Below are positions 1 through 15,955 of a DNA stretch of 64,000 nt, in pieces. The position numbers and the translations under genes were made by a program. The notes under the pieces were generated by a model. The model did no database searches, was not told the origin of the DNA, and saw nothing but the letters and a program-made list of their open reading frames with translations. This DNA is from the human T2T-CHM13v2.0 reference genome, Homo sapiens, in NCBI RefSeq assembly GCF_009914755.1, contig NC_060941.1, one strand, 5' to 3'. Each line of letters opens with the position of its first letter. Within the stretch, counting starts at the first letter, position 1.

Positions 1-334
1 GACCTGGAGAAGAGTGACTGTATTTTTTAAAAGTATGCAAGAAACTTGTGGGAACTTAGCAAAGCTGATTTGTTCAGATTCTTCTCTGTGACCCTGCGTC
101 TTCAGAGAGAAGAAAGTTCCTTTCCTCTGGGCATAGAAAGAGCCCCCGTGGAACGAGAATCCTGGGACCTGATTCAGGGGAGAAGGGCAGAAGAAGGTGA
201 GAGTCACTTTCCTGTTTCTGCTGTTTTCTCAAATGTGAATGTACCATGTTTTAGGGTATCCTGAACCCCATCTCCCATCCACCCTGCCTCGGCCCATAGT
301 CTCTTGTACTGTTTAATGACAAGAGCAAATTCCT

Positions 335-465
335 TATCCTCGCCAAGATTCGGTTTCCCCATCTGTAAACGGAGATAATGATGAGCTCACTTCATACTTT
401 TACTTCATTGTTGCCAGGGCTAAGGGAGTGAAGCTGGCAATAGATAAATGGTGCCTGATACCATA
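335..465 (+). mobile_element. MIR SINE relic
   Basis: CGGTTTCCCCATCTGTAAACGGAGATAATGATG resembles the MIR core (CAGTTTCCTCATCTGTAAAATGGGGATAATAAT); degenerate GTGCCTG 3' part. Confidence 0.6.
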
Positions 466-2130
466 CACCTTGCGGGGCCATACAAAAGGACACAGCACTC
501 TGTCCTCCTAGATTGTTAACTTTCAGTCTTAAATAAAAGAGCTAGGGAAGAAAAAGCTGTTAAGGGGCCAGTTTGAGAAAGAGACAGTAAGTAACAGTTT
601 GTTTCTCAGGGGGCGCAGCCTCCCCTGGGTATGGGCAGGAATTTACCAGGCAGCACACACACAGGGCACTTTGAGCACAGCCCACTTACCTGCTAAGACT
701 TAGGGGGTGTCTGAGGCACTCAGAGCACTGAGCGGGCTATTGTGGGCCCCGAACCAGGAAAAAGCGTCCCTGTAATTGAGCAAAATGCACCCTTTCTCTG
801 GGTTAAAATTCCCAAACTCAAAAGGTTTCAAGTGATCTTATTTTATTGTTATTTTCTTTAACAGGAGACTTTGAGGTGTGAACTGAAAGTCGTTACTCCT
901 CCCCTGAGCTTGACTGCTGGGTTACCCAGAGGAGCCCAGTGTCCTGCAATGAATGGGCATATTATGCCTTCCATTAAAAGTTGTGGCTCTTAATTAAAAA
1001 CGTGATCGTGAGTCTTTATGGAGACATTGTTTAGGTTTTCTTTAGCTGTTAACACATAATAAATCATTTTAAAAGGACCTTTTCCCCTATCTTTTAATGG
1101 TTAGTGCATTTTAAAAAAGTGATTTGAAAATAAAACTGGGATTAAATTTAGTGTTTGACAAGGTGCTAAGGGGCTCACCACCTCTGCCAGGATAAGACAA
1201 GAGGGCTTTACTTCATTTGCTACTGACCTTCTTGTTTTCCTAGTTCTAGCCTGGCTTGATCGATTCAAATGGCAGGGTGACTTTGGTGTCAGAAGTTTAA
1301 CTGGCAGGTATCAGGAAAAGCTGCAGGCAGCCTATGCCACCCCATCTTTCCTTTATTATCTTGCAATTACAAAGCATTCAACTCTGCTGAGAAGAAAAGC
1401 CTGCTTTTTTTTATGAACTCTCCAGTAATGCTATAAAGCAAGGAATGACGTGGGTCGCGTGTGGGCGCATGTGTATAATCCATGAATGCCGGAGACCTCG
1501 CCCTCATTCTGTCTTCCTAGCACAGGTTCCTTGAGAGTGCAGTGAATGGCTTGAGATCTTGGCTGCCAGTCATCTTGGGAGTTCTGAGCGAACAGAGGCA
1601 GGGACTGGCTTGTGTCTGAATGACGGTCACAAAGACTTCTGCATTTATTGTGCAAGTTCTTAGGGCCCTTGGGTTGGATGGAACAGAGGACTCAAGACGG
1701 AAGGACAAGCCGGGAGATGTGGCACCGTGGGTGTGCAATGTACCTATAGGAATGCCTGCAGACAGCATTCCTCTGCAAAGGAGGAAAACAATACTCCATG
1801 CGGGTATTATGAGAGGGCACGTGCGAAAGGGTTTTTGCAAACTGAGTGTCACCAGACAAATAGGAGAGATGATGATGATGCTTCTGCCAATTCTGCTTCA
1901 CAATCATTTTCAAAAATCATTTCTTTGCAAAATTTCTAGTTGGCTGAGAAGATGGTTTCAGCTCTCTGCGTCCTGCATTCTAATGAGATTTCCAGATAGA
2001 GAAAGGCACTATGTTGTTTGCTGCTAGGCAAGATGCTTGCTGTCCATGACGTTTTCCTTGCTGCGAGGTGCCCATCTCTAAGCTAGGATTCGGCCTCAGA
2101 GCCTCGGTGTTGAGCAGTTTCGCCGAGAGG

Positions 2131-2144
2131 CCAGGAGAGGGCGG
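2131..2144 (+). promoter_or_regulatory. Candidate CTCF motif
   Basis: CCAGGAGAGGGCGG matches CCASYAGRKGGCRS at 13/14 positions, within CpG-retaining unique sequence; motif match only. Confidence 0.3.
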
Positions 2145-3060
2145 GCTGCCCCTCTGCTCTTCCGCTCCTGGGCTCCCGTCTCCCTGTCCCGGCTGTGACC
2201 CTCACTCTTGTGTGCCACGGAGACCACACACATGGCGGGCAGTGGTTTTTCATCATGTTTACTGAAGGGAAAGGGAATTTAAGAGGAATTCTCCAGAAAT
2301 TACAAAATGCCAGACGTCTCATTCCTGGTTACAGCCCATTCCAGCGTTTATCCCTGATTCAACCTGGGGTCACTCTCGGCTCAGACTCTCACCTCCCGCA
2401 GCCTCTCTCCTCTGGCTTTGCCCAGCCTACTGTCTGCCTGCCTCCCTGGCTCTCGCTCTCAGTCCTCCCTCTGGGTCCCCCCGCCCAGTCCCTACCTCAG
2501 AATTTTCTTTTTGTATCTCAGGCCGGTCTCCCCATCTCCCCCACCTCAGAGAAGAGGAATGATCTCATTGCTTTCACACGTTTCGAGGAAGACAGTAGCT
2601 TCCATCCAGCCTAAGCAGAAAACCCGCAAAACTCATGACTTCCGCGTTGACCTGGGAGTGCACCTGCCAGTACGTGGCTTTCCACTTTGAGAATGAATGA
2701 CAGTCATTCCCTTTCACCTGAAGGAAAAGCTCTGTCCTCTCCTAGTCAACTCTGCAGCCTTCGACTTTAGAGAAAAGAATCTTCTAGCAGGAAGGCTTAA
2801 AGGGGGTCCCCGATGACCGGTCCAGTGGGCCGGGCTTGGAATACAGTGGGTGGCAGTGAGCTGCCCGCCGCTGGGGGCAGCTGGTTTCATCTGGAGAACC
2901 ATGTTGTCTCTCCTATAGCTGCAGTCCGGTGGCCTAGTCCTTCTCTCTGGAAACATACGAAGTGAACCTCATCATTTTCCTGACAGTCCTGAAGTTATTC
3001 AGAGACAGCAATCACATCTGGGGTGTTTTCTTTTCCCGGTTAAAAAAATCCCCGTTTCTG

Positions 3061-3375
<315 letters not shown>

Positions 3376-3775
3376 TATGTGCCAACAGTAAACACTCAGT
3401 AAGTAAAAATTCTAACACTGTTATATTTCTAGTATTATACTCTTAAATACTATCATTTGATCAATCCTATCTACACAGAAGTATAAAACAGATGCAATGC
3501 ATGAAATAGAATGAAAACAAAATCTCGTTCCTTTCCCGGTCCGCTAATTCCATTCCTACAAGAGCACCTGTGCAGATTTTGTGTGTATACTTCCAGGTAT
3601 TTTCTATGCATGGACAAGTATACATTTGTATATAATCTCTCTCCCATGAACGGCTTTATACTAATAGGTACAGCTATGTCTTAATTTTTTTCCACATAAT
3701 AATAAAATTGGGACATCATTCTAGCCTTTCCATCTCAAAAAGTAGAAACCTGCCTCATTTAAAAACTATTTTTAT

Positions 3776-4156
<381 letters not shown>

Positions 4157-4471
4157 TTAGCAGAAGCATTTGATACCATCAAAAGAGTAAACACAACCCA
4201 TATATAGCCTCTGAAGCATAATAGAATGAATACCTGAGACTCTACCACTCAACATCAGAAATAAAACATGAGTGATAGTGTTGAAATACTATTGATATTC
4301 CTCCCTATTCTCTCTCCACTTCCCCATCAGGAATCCCTCATTTTTCTCATTCCCTCACTCTTCTTACTAGTTTTAGCATATATATATTTGTCTCCAAGTA
4401 ATGCATTGTTTTGTTTTGCCTGTTTTTACTAGCTTAAAAATTGTATTATATTGAAGAGATCTGTGATTTGC

Positions 4472-4746
<275 letters not shown>

Positions 4747-5131
4747 GTGTGATTTGCTTTTAAATTCAACATTATGTTTCTGATGTACATGTCAATGTGC
4801 TTAGCCCTATTTGATTTCCACTGTTGAACTTATGTCATTATATAAAAGATTTATCTACCAATTTTGGGTTTTTTTCATTTTCTGCTGTGGTAAATAATGC
4901 CATAAAGACTGGACGTGTCTTTTGTATTTTTTTAAAAAATGGTTGTATTGTGCGACTGGCCATAATTATTTATTCTTTTATTAATAAATATATGTGTGTG
5001 TGTGTCTATATTTGTTCTTGAGTTATCTTCTCTGTGCGGATAAAGATCATGTTTATGCTAATTCTGAATACATCTGTCTATCTAATTGTTGACTATTGCC
5101 TTTCTGCATGACAGATAAGAATTTTCATTAC

Positions 5132-5433
5132 TTTTTTTTGGAGACAACATCTCACCCTTTAGCCTGAAGAGACAGGCTGGAGTGCAGTGGTGCAATCATG
5201 GCTCATTGCAGCCTTGAATTCCTGGGCTCAAGTGATCCTACCACTTTAGCCTCCTGAGTAGCTGAGACTACAGGCACATGCCTCCATGCCTGGCTAATTA
5301 TTTGGAAATTTTTGTAGAGACAGTGTCTCACTATGTTGCTCAGTCTGGTCTTGAATTCCTGGCCTCAACTGATCCTCATGCCTTGGCCTTCCAAAATGTT
5401 GGGATTACAGGCATAAGCCACTGTGCTCCACCA
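5132..5433 (-). mobile_element. Alu (AluJ)
   Basis: Reverse Alu with J-type motifs (CCTGGGCTCAAGTGATCC); TSD ATTTTCATTACTTT. Confidence 0.93.
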
Positions 5434-6082
5434 AACATTTTCATTACTTTTACCATCAGCAATCTGGTACACTAATTATAAAATGCTTATATTATTTCCT
5501 AGCTCCTTTAGTCACATCTGCAAATTCAAACGTTAGCCTTCAATTCCCATTTCTCCATTCTGTAGTATCGCAAACTTGTCTCTTATCCTTTTCTCTGCTA
5601 GTTCTCTTCCCCTGCTACCTCTCAAACTTTATTCAAGTTTTTATTATTAAAGTTTATAATATTTATATGTTGTTATGTAAGTAACATTGCCTTCTCTGCC
5701 AGAATTGATTCTAAAAGTTGAAAACTAACCCACAACACTTATCATTCATAGGTATGCAATTACTGTTCTCTGCAGAACCAAGTAATCTGCTGTGATTACA
5801 TTTTGTGGCTATATGTAAAATATGATGATCCTTGGGACACTTACAGGACAATCTTTCTCTAGGTTCAAGTTCAAATGGGGTCTGCTTTTTCTCTACTCCA
5901 TAATTGCCTTTATCATCTTCTCACATTTCCCCAGTTTTCAATCCTGAGAGATATCCTATCCATTTCCCCTACTCAGCCCCTCCCTAAACTCACTCTGTAT
6001 CCTAATTGGTTATGATCCAAACCTGTTGCTGTCATCCTGGGATGGTTATCATACAGAGCTAGGTAATTCCAGAGTTTACCCT

Positions 6083-6124
6083 CTTTTTCCCTTCCTTCCT
6101 TTCTCTCTCCTTTCTTTTCTTTTC

Positions 6125-6179
<55 letters not shown>

Positions 6180-6190
6180 CTTTCCTCCTT
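6083..6190. repeat. (CTTT)n / CT-rich microsatellite
   Basis: Direct reading of TTTC tandem units. Confidence 0.95.
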
Positions 6191-6389
6191 TTCTGCATTG
6201 GATTGATTGAAGATTCCACATCTTTCTCTATCTTGGTTTATCCTCTTGTTTTACAAGTCATTTCATAAGAATAGTTTCATTGGAGGTAAACTTTCTGATC
6301 TCTTTAAAATCCTGAAAAATACTTTACCCTTACATTTCATTGATGCATGAATCAGTCAGAACACAAAGAAAATGGATGTTATTCAATTT

Positions 6390-6565
6390 GTTTATAAAGT
6401 CACTTACTCAACAAACGTTGAATAAGTATTATGTACCATACACTATAAATAAAAAGATGAATAAAACAGTTTTGCCCTGGAGTTGTTCCTAGTGTAGTGA
6501 CAAAGGACAAATATACACACTTAATTACGATACAATGAGGTAACTGCTCTCTCAGAAACATGTAA
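6390..6565 (-). mobile_element. L2 3'-end relic
   Basis: CACTTACTCAACAAACGTTGAATAAGTATTATGTACC...AAGATGAATAAAACAG...GCCCTGGAG, typical of reverse L2 3' ends. Confidence 0.5.
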
Positions 6566-6659
6566 TATTAAAATATGTACTCTAGATAATTAGATAATAA
6601 ATGCATTGGCCAATCATCAAGAAAAAGGTGTGACTGTGACTTGGTTTTTGAGAAATATT

Positions 6660-7110
<451 letters not shown>

Positions 7111-7156
7111 AAAACAAATGGTTATCATACAGAGCTAGGTAATTCCACAGTTTACC

Positions 7157-7278
7157 CTCTTTTTCCCTTCCTTCCGTCCGTCCTTCCTTCCTTCCTTCCT
7201 TCCTCCCTTCCTCCCTCCCTTCCTTCCTTTCTTCCTTCCTTCCCTCTCTCTCTCTCTTTCTTTCTCTTTCTTTCCTTC
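7157..7278. repeat. (CCTT)n/(CT)n simple repeat, expanded tail of the adjacent AluJ
   Basis: Direct reading. Confidence 0.9.
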
Positions 7279-7574
7279 TTTTTTTTTTTTTTTTGGACAG
7301 GATCTGGCTCTGTAGCCAGACTGAAGTGCGGTGGTGCGATCAAAGCTCACTGTAAACTCAAACTCCTGAGCTCAAGCGATCCTCCCACTTTAGCCTCCTG
7401 AGTAGCTGGGACCCCAGGTATGTGCCACCATGCCTGGCTAATTTTTTAAAATTGTTTGTAGAGACGAGGTCTTCCTATGTTGTTCAGGCTGGTCTTAAAC
7501 CCCTGGCCTCAAGTGACATCCCACCTTAACCTTTCAAAATATGGTGGTTTTAGGGGGTAACTACTGTGCTGGGC
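7279..7574 (-). mobile_element. Alu (AluJ)
   Basis: Poly(T) plus diverged reverse Alu; short AGTTTAC flank match. Confidence 0.92.
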
Positions 7575-8499
7575 AAGAGTTTACTATCCTATTCACTCCA
7601 TTATTTTATATCCCAATAAGTGTTCAGTAGAAGAAGATAGAATGGTGGCTGTTGTCCTAGAGATGGTTTTCTGGAGACAGTGAGGTAGGAACACAGTCTT
7701 GAAGGATTTTCAACATTTGAATAAACATAGAAGATGCAGGGGAGAGGATTCCTAGTTAAATTCCCTTGAAGGGGGTTTAACCAGGGTGAACTGAATTGCA
7801 GTGGGTGAAATTCAGGTGGTAACTATCTGTATTCTTTTTTAAAAAACACTTTTACAAGAACTTTCTAAGCTCAAGAAAATGTCTTAATGAGGATTCTTCC
7901 TTCTCTCTTTCCCCAGGGTTGTGTAGTGATCCTAAAAGTTCAGCTGGCCAGACCATCAGAGAGGTCTTTCTTCTCCCCTCCCCCTGGGTGGTGGCTGGGA
8001 TGTTCATCCTCTTTGTCCACATGGCTTCTGGAGTTTGGCAGCTCAGCTGGTTTTGTTTTTCCTCGAGAACCTTACTGAGCTTTTCCTGGGTTCATCACCA
8101 GCCATCCCTCTGTGGTCTGACCACATTCTATCCCAGAGAACTAAATGAGTCCTCACTGCTCAAGTGACCAACCTGTAGTCGCTACAGTCTGGGGAAAAAT
8201 CTCTCCCCTTCTCTGTTGGCCTTCAAAATCTCTCTCTCTTTCTCACTCGCTCATACACACATACATCTCTTCTCTCTGAACTCCAAACACGATCTTTTCA
8301 ATGAGCTCAGGCTTCTGAAAACATGCAGATCTGTTGACTTGAAGCAACGTCTATTTTCAGTGCTACAAGAGTCATGAAGGCAAGAAAATGGGAAGGGAGA
8401 AAACTGAGAAACAGAACTGGGGGCAGGCTAAGTGGGTGCAGCCACTCGGAGGAATTTGACCATATCTGGTGACGCTGAAGAGACACATGTTCCAGGAGG

Positions 8500-8655
8500 G
8501 CAGCTGGCGGTTTTACTGGGGCACAGCAGCATTCGCTGATTTTTGTATTGTCTACAGCTGCTTTCAGGCCACAGTGGAGAGCTGAGAAGTTGTGACAAAG
8601 ACCATTTGGTGTCAAAAGACTGAAACATTTCCTATCTGTGTTGTTGACCCCTGTT
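8500..8655 (+). mobile_element. MER58-like hAT-Charlie DNA transposon
   Basis: GAGCTGAGAAGTTGTGACAAAGACCATTTGG...AAACATTTCCTATCTG...GACCCCTG resembles the MER58A 3' half. Confidence 0.65.
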
Positions 8656-8699
8656 TCAGATGAACAACTCGACTTCTAGATATGCACGGTTGACTCTCA

Positions 8700-9300
<601 letters not shown>

Positions 9301-9495
9301 ATATTGTTTACCAATATGTGTATTTATATCTGTATTCCCTATATATGCAATATATATTTTATATCTGTTATAAAGAGAGGGAGGAATAGAGACAGGAGAG
9401 AGAGGAAGAGAGAAAAAGAGATATACTAAACATCTGTGTAGACTTTAAAAAACACAAAATATTATCCATACTGTTCATATATACATATATGGGTA

Positions 9496-9496
9496 T

Positions 9497-9548
<52 letters not shown>
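9496..9548. repeat. Compound (TG)n(GA)n microsatellite
   Basis: Direct reading. Confidence 0.95.
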
Positions 9549-9551
<3 letters not shown>

Positions 9552-10389
9552 CCAGAAAAGGTGAGGAATAGTATTGGTGAGAAGAACAAAAAGTGATCTA
9601 CCTATAATGTTTTATCTCTATTATTTAAAAAAAATGAAGTTGAAATGGCAAAACATTAGCATTTGTTAATTCCGGATAGCGGGTACACAGATATGTAGGT
9701 TTATCATTTCCCCCGCCCCTGTACTTTAAAAAGCTTCTTAAAAAACCCACTAAGGGCTTAGCAACTTGTTCGAAACGCAGGCCGTGAGAAGGAAGAAGAC
9801 GGGGGAAAATGATCCTGGGACATACTTGTAATTTTCTTCCCTGGTTCAGCTCCGTGGCTGAACACAGTGGGGGAGGTCACCCCTCCGCGTCTTTCCCTCT
9901 AGATAGCAAGGGTGTCTGACACCCTATTCACATTTCTCTTGAAGAAGCCCTGCTGTTTTACTGCAGTTTCTCTGCATCAAGGACAGCAATGCAGCTTTAC
10001 AATGAAGGTCTTTGGTCTGCTTGACTTTCTGTGCTTGGATGTCAGAGACCCACTCTGACCTTGGTTTGCACTTGATCAATTGCCTCCATGTTTAAGAATC
10101 GTCAGTGGAAATCCTCCAATCCTCTGTGATAAACCTGCTCTCTAAGGAACCCAGTGGGGGCAAAACTGTGTTTATTTATATCTCTGAGATCATCAGAAGT
10201 GTCTACAAGGTACTCTAAAACTGGTAGAGTGAAAACAGTTATTTGAGCTTGATGAGTTTTGTAAGAGCTGTTCCTGAGGGCTAGTTAGGTTCTCTAAATT
10301 TCCAGAGCTGTTTAACCCTGTTAATAAGCGTGAAAGAAAAATGGATTCTAGCTTAGGCCTGCTTTATACATTAAAAATACGAAACATGA

Positions 10390-10692
10390 TTTTTTTCTTT
10401 TTTATTTTTTGAGACGGAGTCTCGCTCTGTCGCCCAGGCCGGAGTGCAGTGGTGCGACCTCGGCTCACTGCAAGCTCCGCCTCCCGGGTTACGCCATTCT
10501 CCTGCCTCAGCCTCCAGAGTAGCTGGGACTACAGGCACCCGCCACCAAGCCCGGCTAATTTTTTGTTATTTTTAGTAGAGACAGGGTTTCACCGTGTTAG
10601 CCAGGATGGTCTCGATCTCCTGACCTTGTGACCCACCTGCCTCGGCCTCCCAAAGTGCTGGGATTACAGGCGTGAGTCACCGCGCCCCGCCG
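10390..10692 (-). mobile_element. AluY
   Basis: GCAAGCTCCGCCTCCCGGG, CGCCATTCTCC and CCGTGTTAGCCAGGATGG are Y diagnostics; CpGs retained. Confidence 0.96.
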
Positions 10693-11559
10693 AATTTTTT
10701 TTTTTTTTTAATTGAGATTTGGGCCTCACCTACCTTTTGAAAAGTTAAAAAAGCAAGTGTAGTGAAAGTTCTAGTTTCATCAACTCGGACAGAATCACTG
10801 CTTAAGTAGAATTGAAAGAAGCTTCGGGAGAAAGAAAGTGTCATCTCACAAACCCCTAGGGAGGGGGCCCTAGACACAGTTAGATGTGAATACTTGTCCC
10901 TAGGTCTTCAAATTTCAAAAGCTTTAGGGAAGAAAGACCTGTTATTCCAAACCTGAATCATTATGAGGGACAATAACCCAGAAAGGAGAAAATGCCCTCA
11001 GAAATTAAATTCTGACAATATACTTACAAATGATTTTTGATGAAGAAAAGAGGGAGATATCTTTAAAAATCAAAACGGCTATACTCTCTGATTAATTCAT
11101 ATTTTAAGAGAACATGTACAAGAGATATAAGGGGAGGCCTAGTACAAGGGACAAATGGAGAATAGTGGCTGGCATGAATGTGCAAAGGCAGAGAAGCACC
11201 GAGGCTTGGAAAAGCCTCAGAAGACAGGAGCTTCCTCACAGATGTCAGAGAATTACGAAGAATGGATGAAGCCTCTCTTTGAAGTGAATGTGAAATAGAT
11301 AACACAGAAAAAACAGAACGACTCTGGTATTTTAAAACTTATTTTTAATCTGTTTTCTGTATTTGCCAATCTCCAAATTTGAAAGAAGCTCAACAAAAAT
11401 CTTAAAGTGGGAATTGAATCTCTGCGAGATAGTAATCATATATGCAATATGAACATTTTAATTTTTCTTTTCATGTTTTTGTCATCAGAATCATTCTTAG
11501 AAAATGAATTGACAAGTTTTCTCTCTTTTCTATGCTCTGAAACCATTGAATTGACATAA

Positions 11560-11944
<385 letters not shown>

Positions 11945-12480
11945 TAGACCAAAGTAACCTTGGTTATGAGCTCCCAATAGAATTCATTTTTAAAGCTGCT
12001 TAAAATTAGGACTCTTTGTATGGATAGGTCTTGAACAGATTTCTTCACTATTTTTTCTATCATTATTAGGCTTTTAAATTTTATATGTATTTAGTGTCAG
12101 TTTTTATAATTTATGTTTTCCTGGAATTTTTTTATTTATTAAAATAAAAAAGCATTTTTCTTTATTAAAATAAAATATGTAGCATTTGTTTAGGGTTTTA
12201 AAAATTGTCTCTATCCATGGTTATAAATGGCTATAATATTCCTGTTTTCAGACTCTGACTTGTGTACTTCTGTTTTTCTCTTTTTGATTCATTCAACATT
12301 ACTTCTGTTTTTCTTCAGTTTATTGACACTTGCCTTTATCCTTATTCATTTCTCTTTTTACTGGATATATGTATACATGTGTATATTTTTAGGCCTCTCA
12401 CATGAAAAGATTTTAGTACTTGTATTTCCATTTTTCCTTTTGATAATGAAAGGCATTTAAGAATAATTTCTCTAACCTTA

Positions 12481-13232
<752 letters not shown>

Positions 13233-14596
13233 AGTACCCCAACTTTTTAAATGTAATAGTTTGAGATGTGTTGGAGATATGTGAAACAGGCCTGATTTAT
13301 ACATTGAAAATATGAAACGTGAATCTTTTCAGAAAAATTTCTATAATCATGATACAGTTATTAAAGCTAGGAAATTAACATTGGTACACTAACACTAAGT
13401 AAACTACAAACTTTAATCAATTTTTTTCAGTCATGTTTTCCAATCCAGGGCACCATATTGCATTTAGGTGTCAAGACTCCTTGACCAAACTATATTGTTC
13501 CTCATTCTTTTTTTTTTTTAATTTTGAGACTTTGATGCGTTTGAAAACTACCCATCAGTTAGTTTGTAAAGTGTTGTTCCATTTGGATTTGTCTGATGTT
13601 TTCTCATGATTAGATTGAGGTAATGAATTTTTGGCAGGAATGCTGCAGAGGTGATGCGCATTTTCAGAGTACATTACATCAGAAGGCACATGATATTAAT
13701 GTGTCTTATTACTGGTGATGTTTATTTTCACCACTTGGTTGAGGTCTACTTGAGTTTCTTCAAAATAAACTTACCGTCTTCCCTTTTGTCATATATATCA
13801 TGGGATATAACTGTAGAGTATTCAAATATCCTATTTCCCCTCAAACTTTTACCAATTCATTTTATTATGCATTAATGGATTTTGTCTATAATTACTATTG
13901 GTTACTTTCCATCTTCAAACATCCTATCTCCCCCCAAACTTTTGCCAATTAATTTTATGATGCATTAGTGGATTTCATCTCTAATTATTACTGTTGGTTA
14001 TTTTCCATCTTCCTCGTTTCTTTTGCATTTATTAATTGGAATTCTCCTGTAAAAGAATAGCCGTCCCTTCTCTGCCATTGACTTATTTATTCAATTATTT
14101 ACTTATACCTGTATGGTCTCATGGATATTGATTTTAATAGATTGATTACAATCTAATACTATTGTTGTTTTCTTTGTTGTTCAATTGGTTCCAGTTTGGG
14201 ATACTAGGTGCTTTCTCAGATTGGCTCCTATGTCCTTTTGACAAGCCCCCATCCTTGCTTCAGCACTTTCTTACTTTCTAGCCTCACAAGATGTCACAGG
14301 TTCATCATGTATTTTTCTTGTCTCAACCCAGGAATTAGCTACTTCTCCAAGAAGCCCTGTCACCTTTTATTAAAGAATGGTATTTAGAAACTAAGGTCTA
14401 GGCACAGGATGTGCTCATTGTTACTGAGATTTCATTGCTTCTAGGCTCGCTCCATGGAAAGAGCTTGAGAATACTACATGAATATGTATTAACCCATGTA
14501 GACACAGAAACCTGTACCTATCAATCTACTTACATAGCTATTAAAAAACACCCTATGAGTTCATTTTGATACCTTTAATTCAAATGCCACACCACA

Positions 14597-14839
14597 GGAC
14601 TGGGCACAGTGGCTCACCCCTGTAATCCCTTTGGGAGGCCAAGGTGGGCAGATCACCTCAGGTCAGTAGTTCAAGACCAGCCTGGCCAACATGGTGAAGC
14701 CCTGTCTCTACAAAAAAAAAAACACAAAAATTAGCCAGGCGTGGTGGAGTGTGCCTGTAGTCCCAGCTACTCAGGAGCCTGAGGCAGGAGAATTGTTTGA
14801 ACCTGGGAGGCAGAGGTTACAGTGAACTGAGATTGTGCC
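14597..14839 (+). mobile_element. Alu (AluSx-like), 3'-truncated
   Basis: Stops abruptly at GAGATTGTGCC, with no tail and no TSD. Confidence 0.93.
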
Positions 14840-15143
14840 TAATTATTCTCATATATTTCTTTTTTCTTCACCCCTGAAGAGTTAGTGATGGTGACAACTG
14901 CAGCTGTGGGTTTGACGGCTATAGCAATGGTAGTGCAGGCAGTCATTGTTTTTTTGTTTTTTTTTTTGTTTATGAAATGATTGAAGGAACTTACAATATT
15001 GTTCCTGAAGGGGTGAGAACTTGGGGTAGTGACAGTTGCCTTCGACTCTATGATGTGCTTTATATGTAGAGAAACTGCTGGACTTTTCTGTTTTGCTCTA
15101 AACTTTTGAATAATAGGCAGTGGGCATTGAAAGGCAGGTTGAT

Positions 15144-15446
<303 letters not shown>

Positions 15447-15779
15447 GGCAGGTTGATAACAGCTTAATATGTGGAAGAATTTCTAACAAGTGTAAGTGGC
15501 CAGCGGTGGAATGAGCTTTCAGTGAGGAAATGGGTTCAGTGTTAGATGTAGGTAGATAAAGAGAGTCACTTGCCAATGGTGACGTAGAAAGTAACCTATA
15601 TGGGGCAGGAAACTGGGAGTGAGAGTGATCTCTGTGATCCTGTTGGACACAAAGATTCTCATAGTCTTATATATAGTCCTACATAAATTGTTACAAAGTG
15701 AAAAACATTATTGGGAGTTCAGTCTTCTGAGCCACAGGCCACCTCTTACCTCTTTTAGAGTGACGTCATGCTTAAGAGC

Positions 15780-15955
15780 AGGGGCTACATAATCAGCTTG
15801 CCATGGGCTACATCCTGGCTCTGCCTCCCGCTAGCTCTGTTGAACACGAACAGATCACTTACCGCTTTGCTGTGTGAGTTAAAGGAGATAATGCATGTAG
15901 GGTGGAGTGTCTGCCTGGTGCATAGTGAGGGCACTATTCATCGCAGCAATTGTTA
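15780..15955 (+). mobile_element. MIR relic
   Basis: CATCCTGGCTCTGCC...GAGTTAAAGGAGATAATGCATGTA...TGCCTGGTGCATAGTGAG. Confidence 0.6.

Noticed and set aside
105-197. Possible isolated exon (TCTTCAG|...GAAG|GTGAGA), and a similar one at 46501-46590 (AGG|GTGAGT)
   Set aside because: Single acceptor/donor pairs are common by chance; no linked evidence.
1620-2027. 135-aa ATG-initiated ORF in unique sequence
   Set aside because: No family resemblance, and a length expected by chance in GC-richer DNA; ribosome profiling or codon-conservation evidence would be needed.
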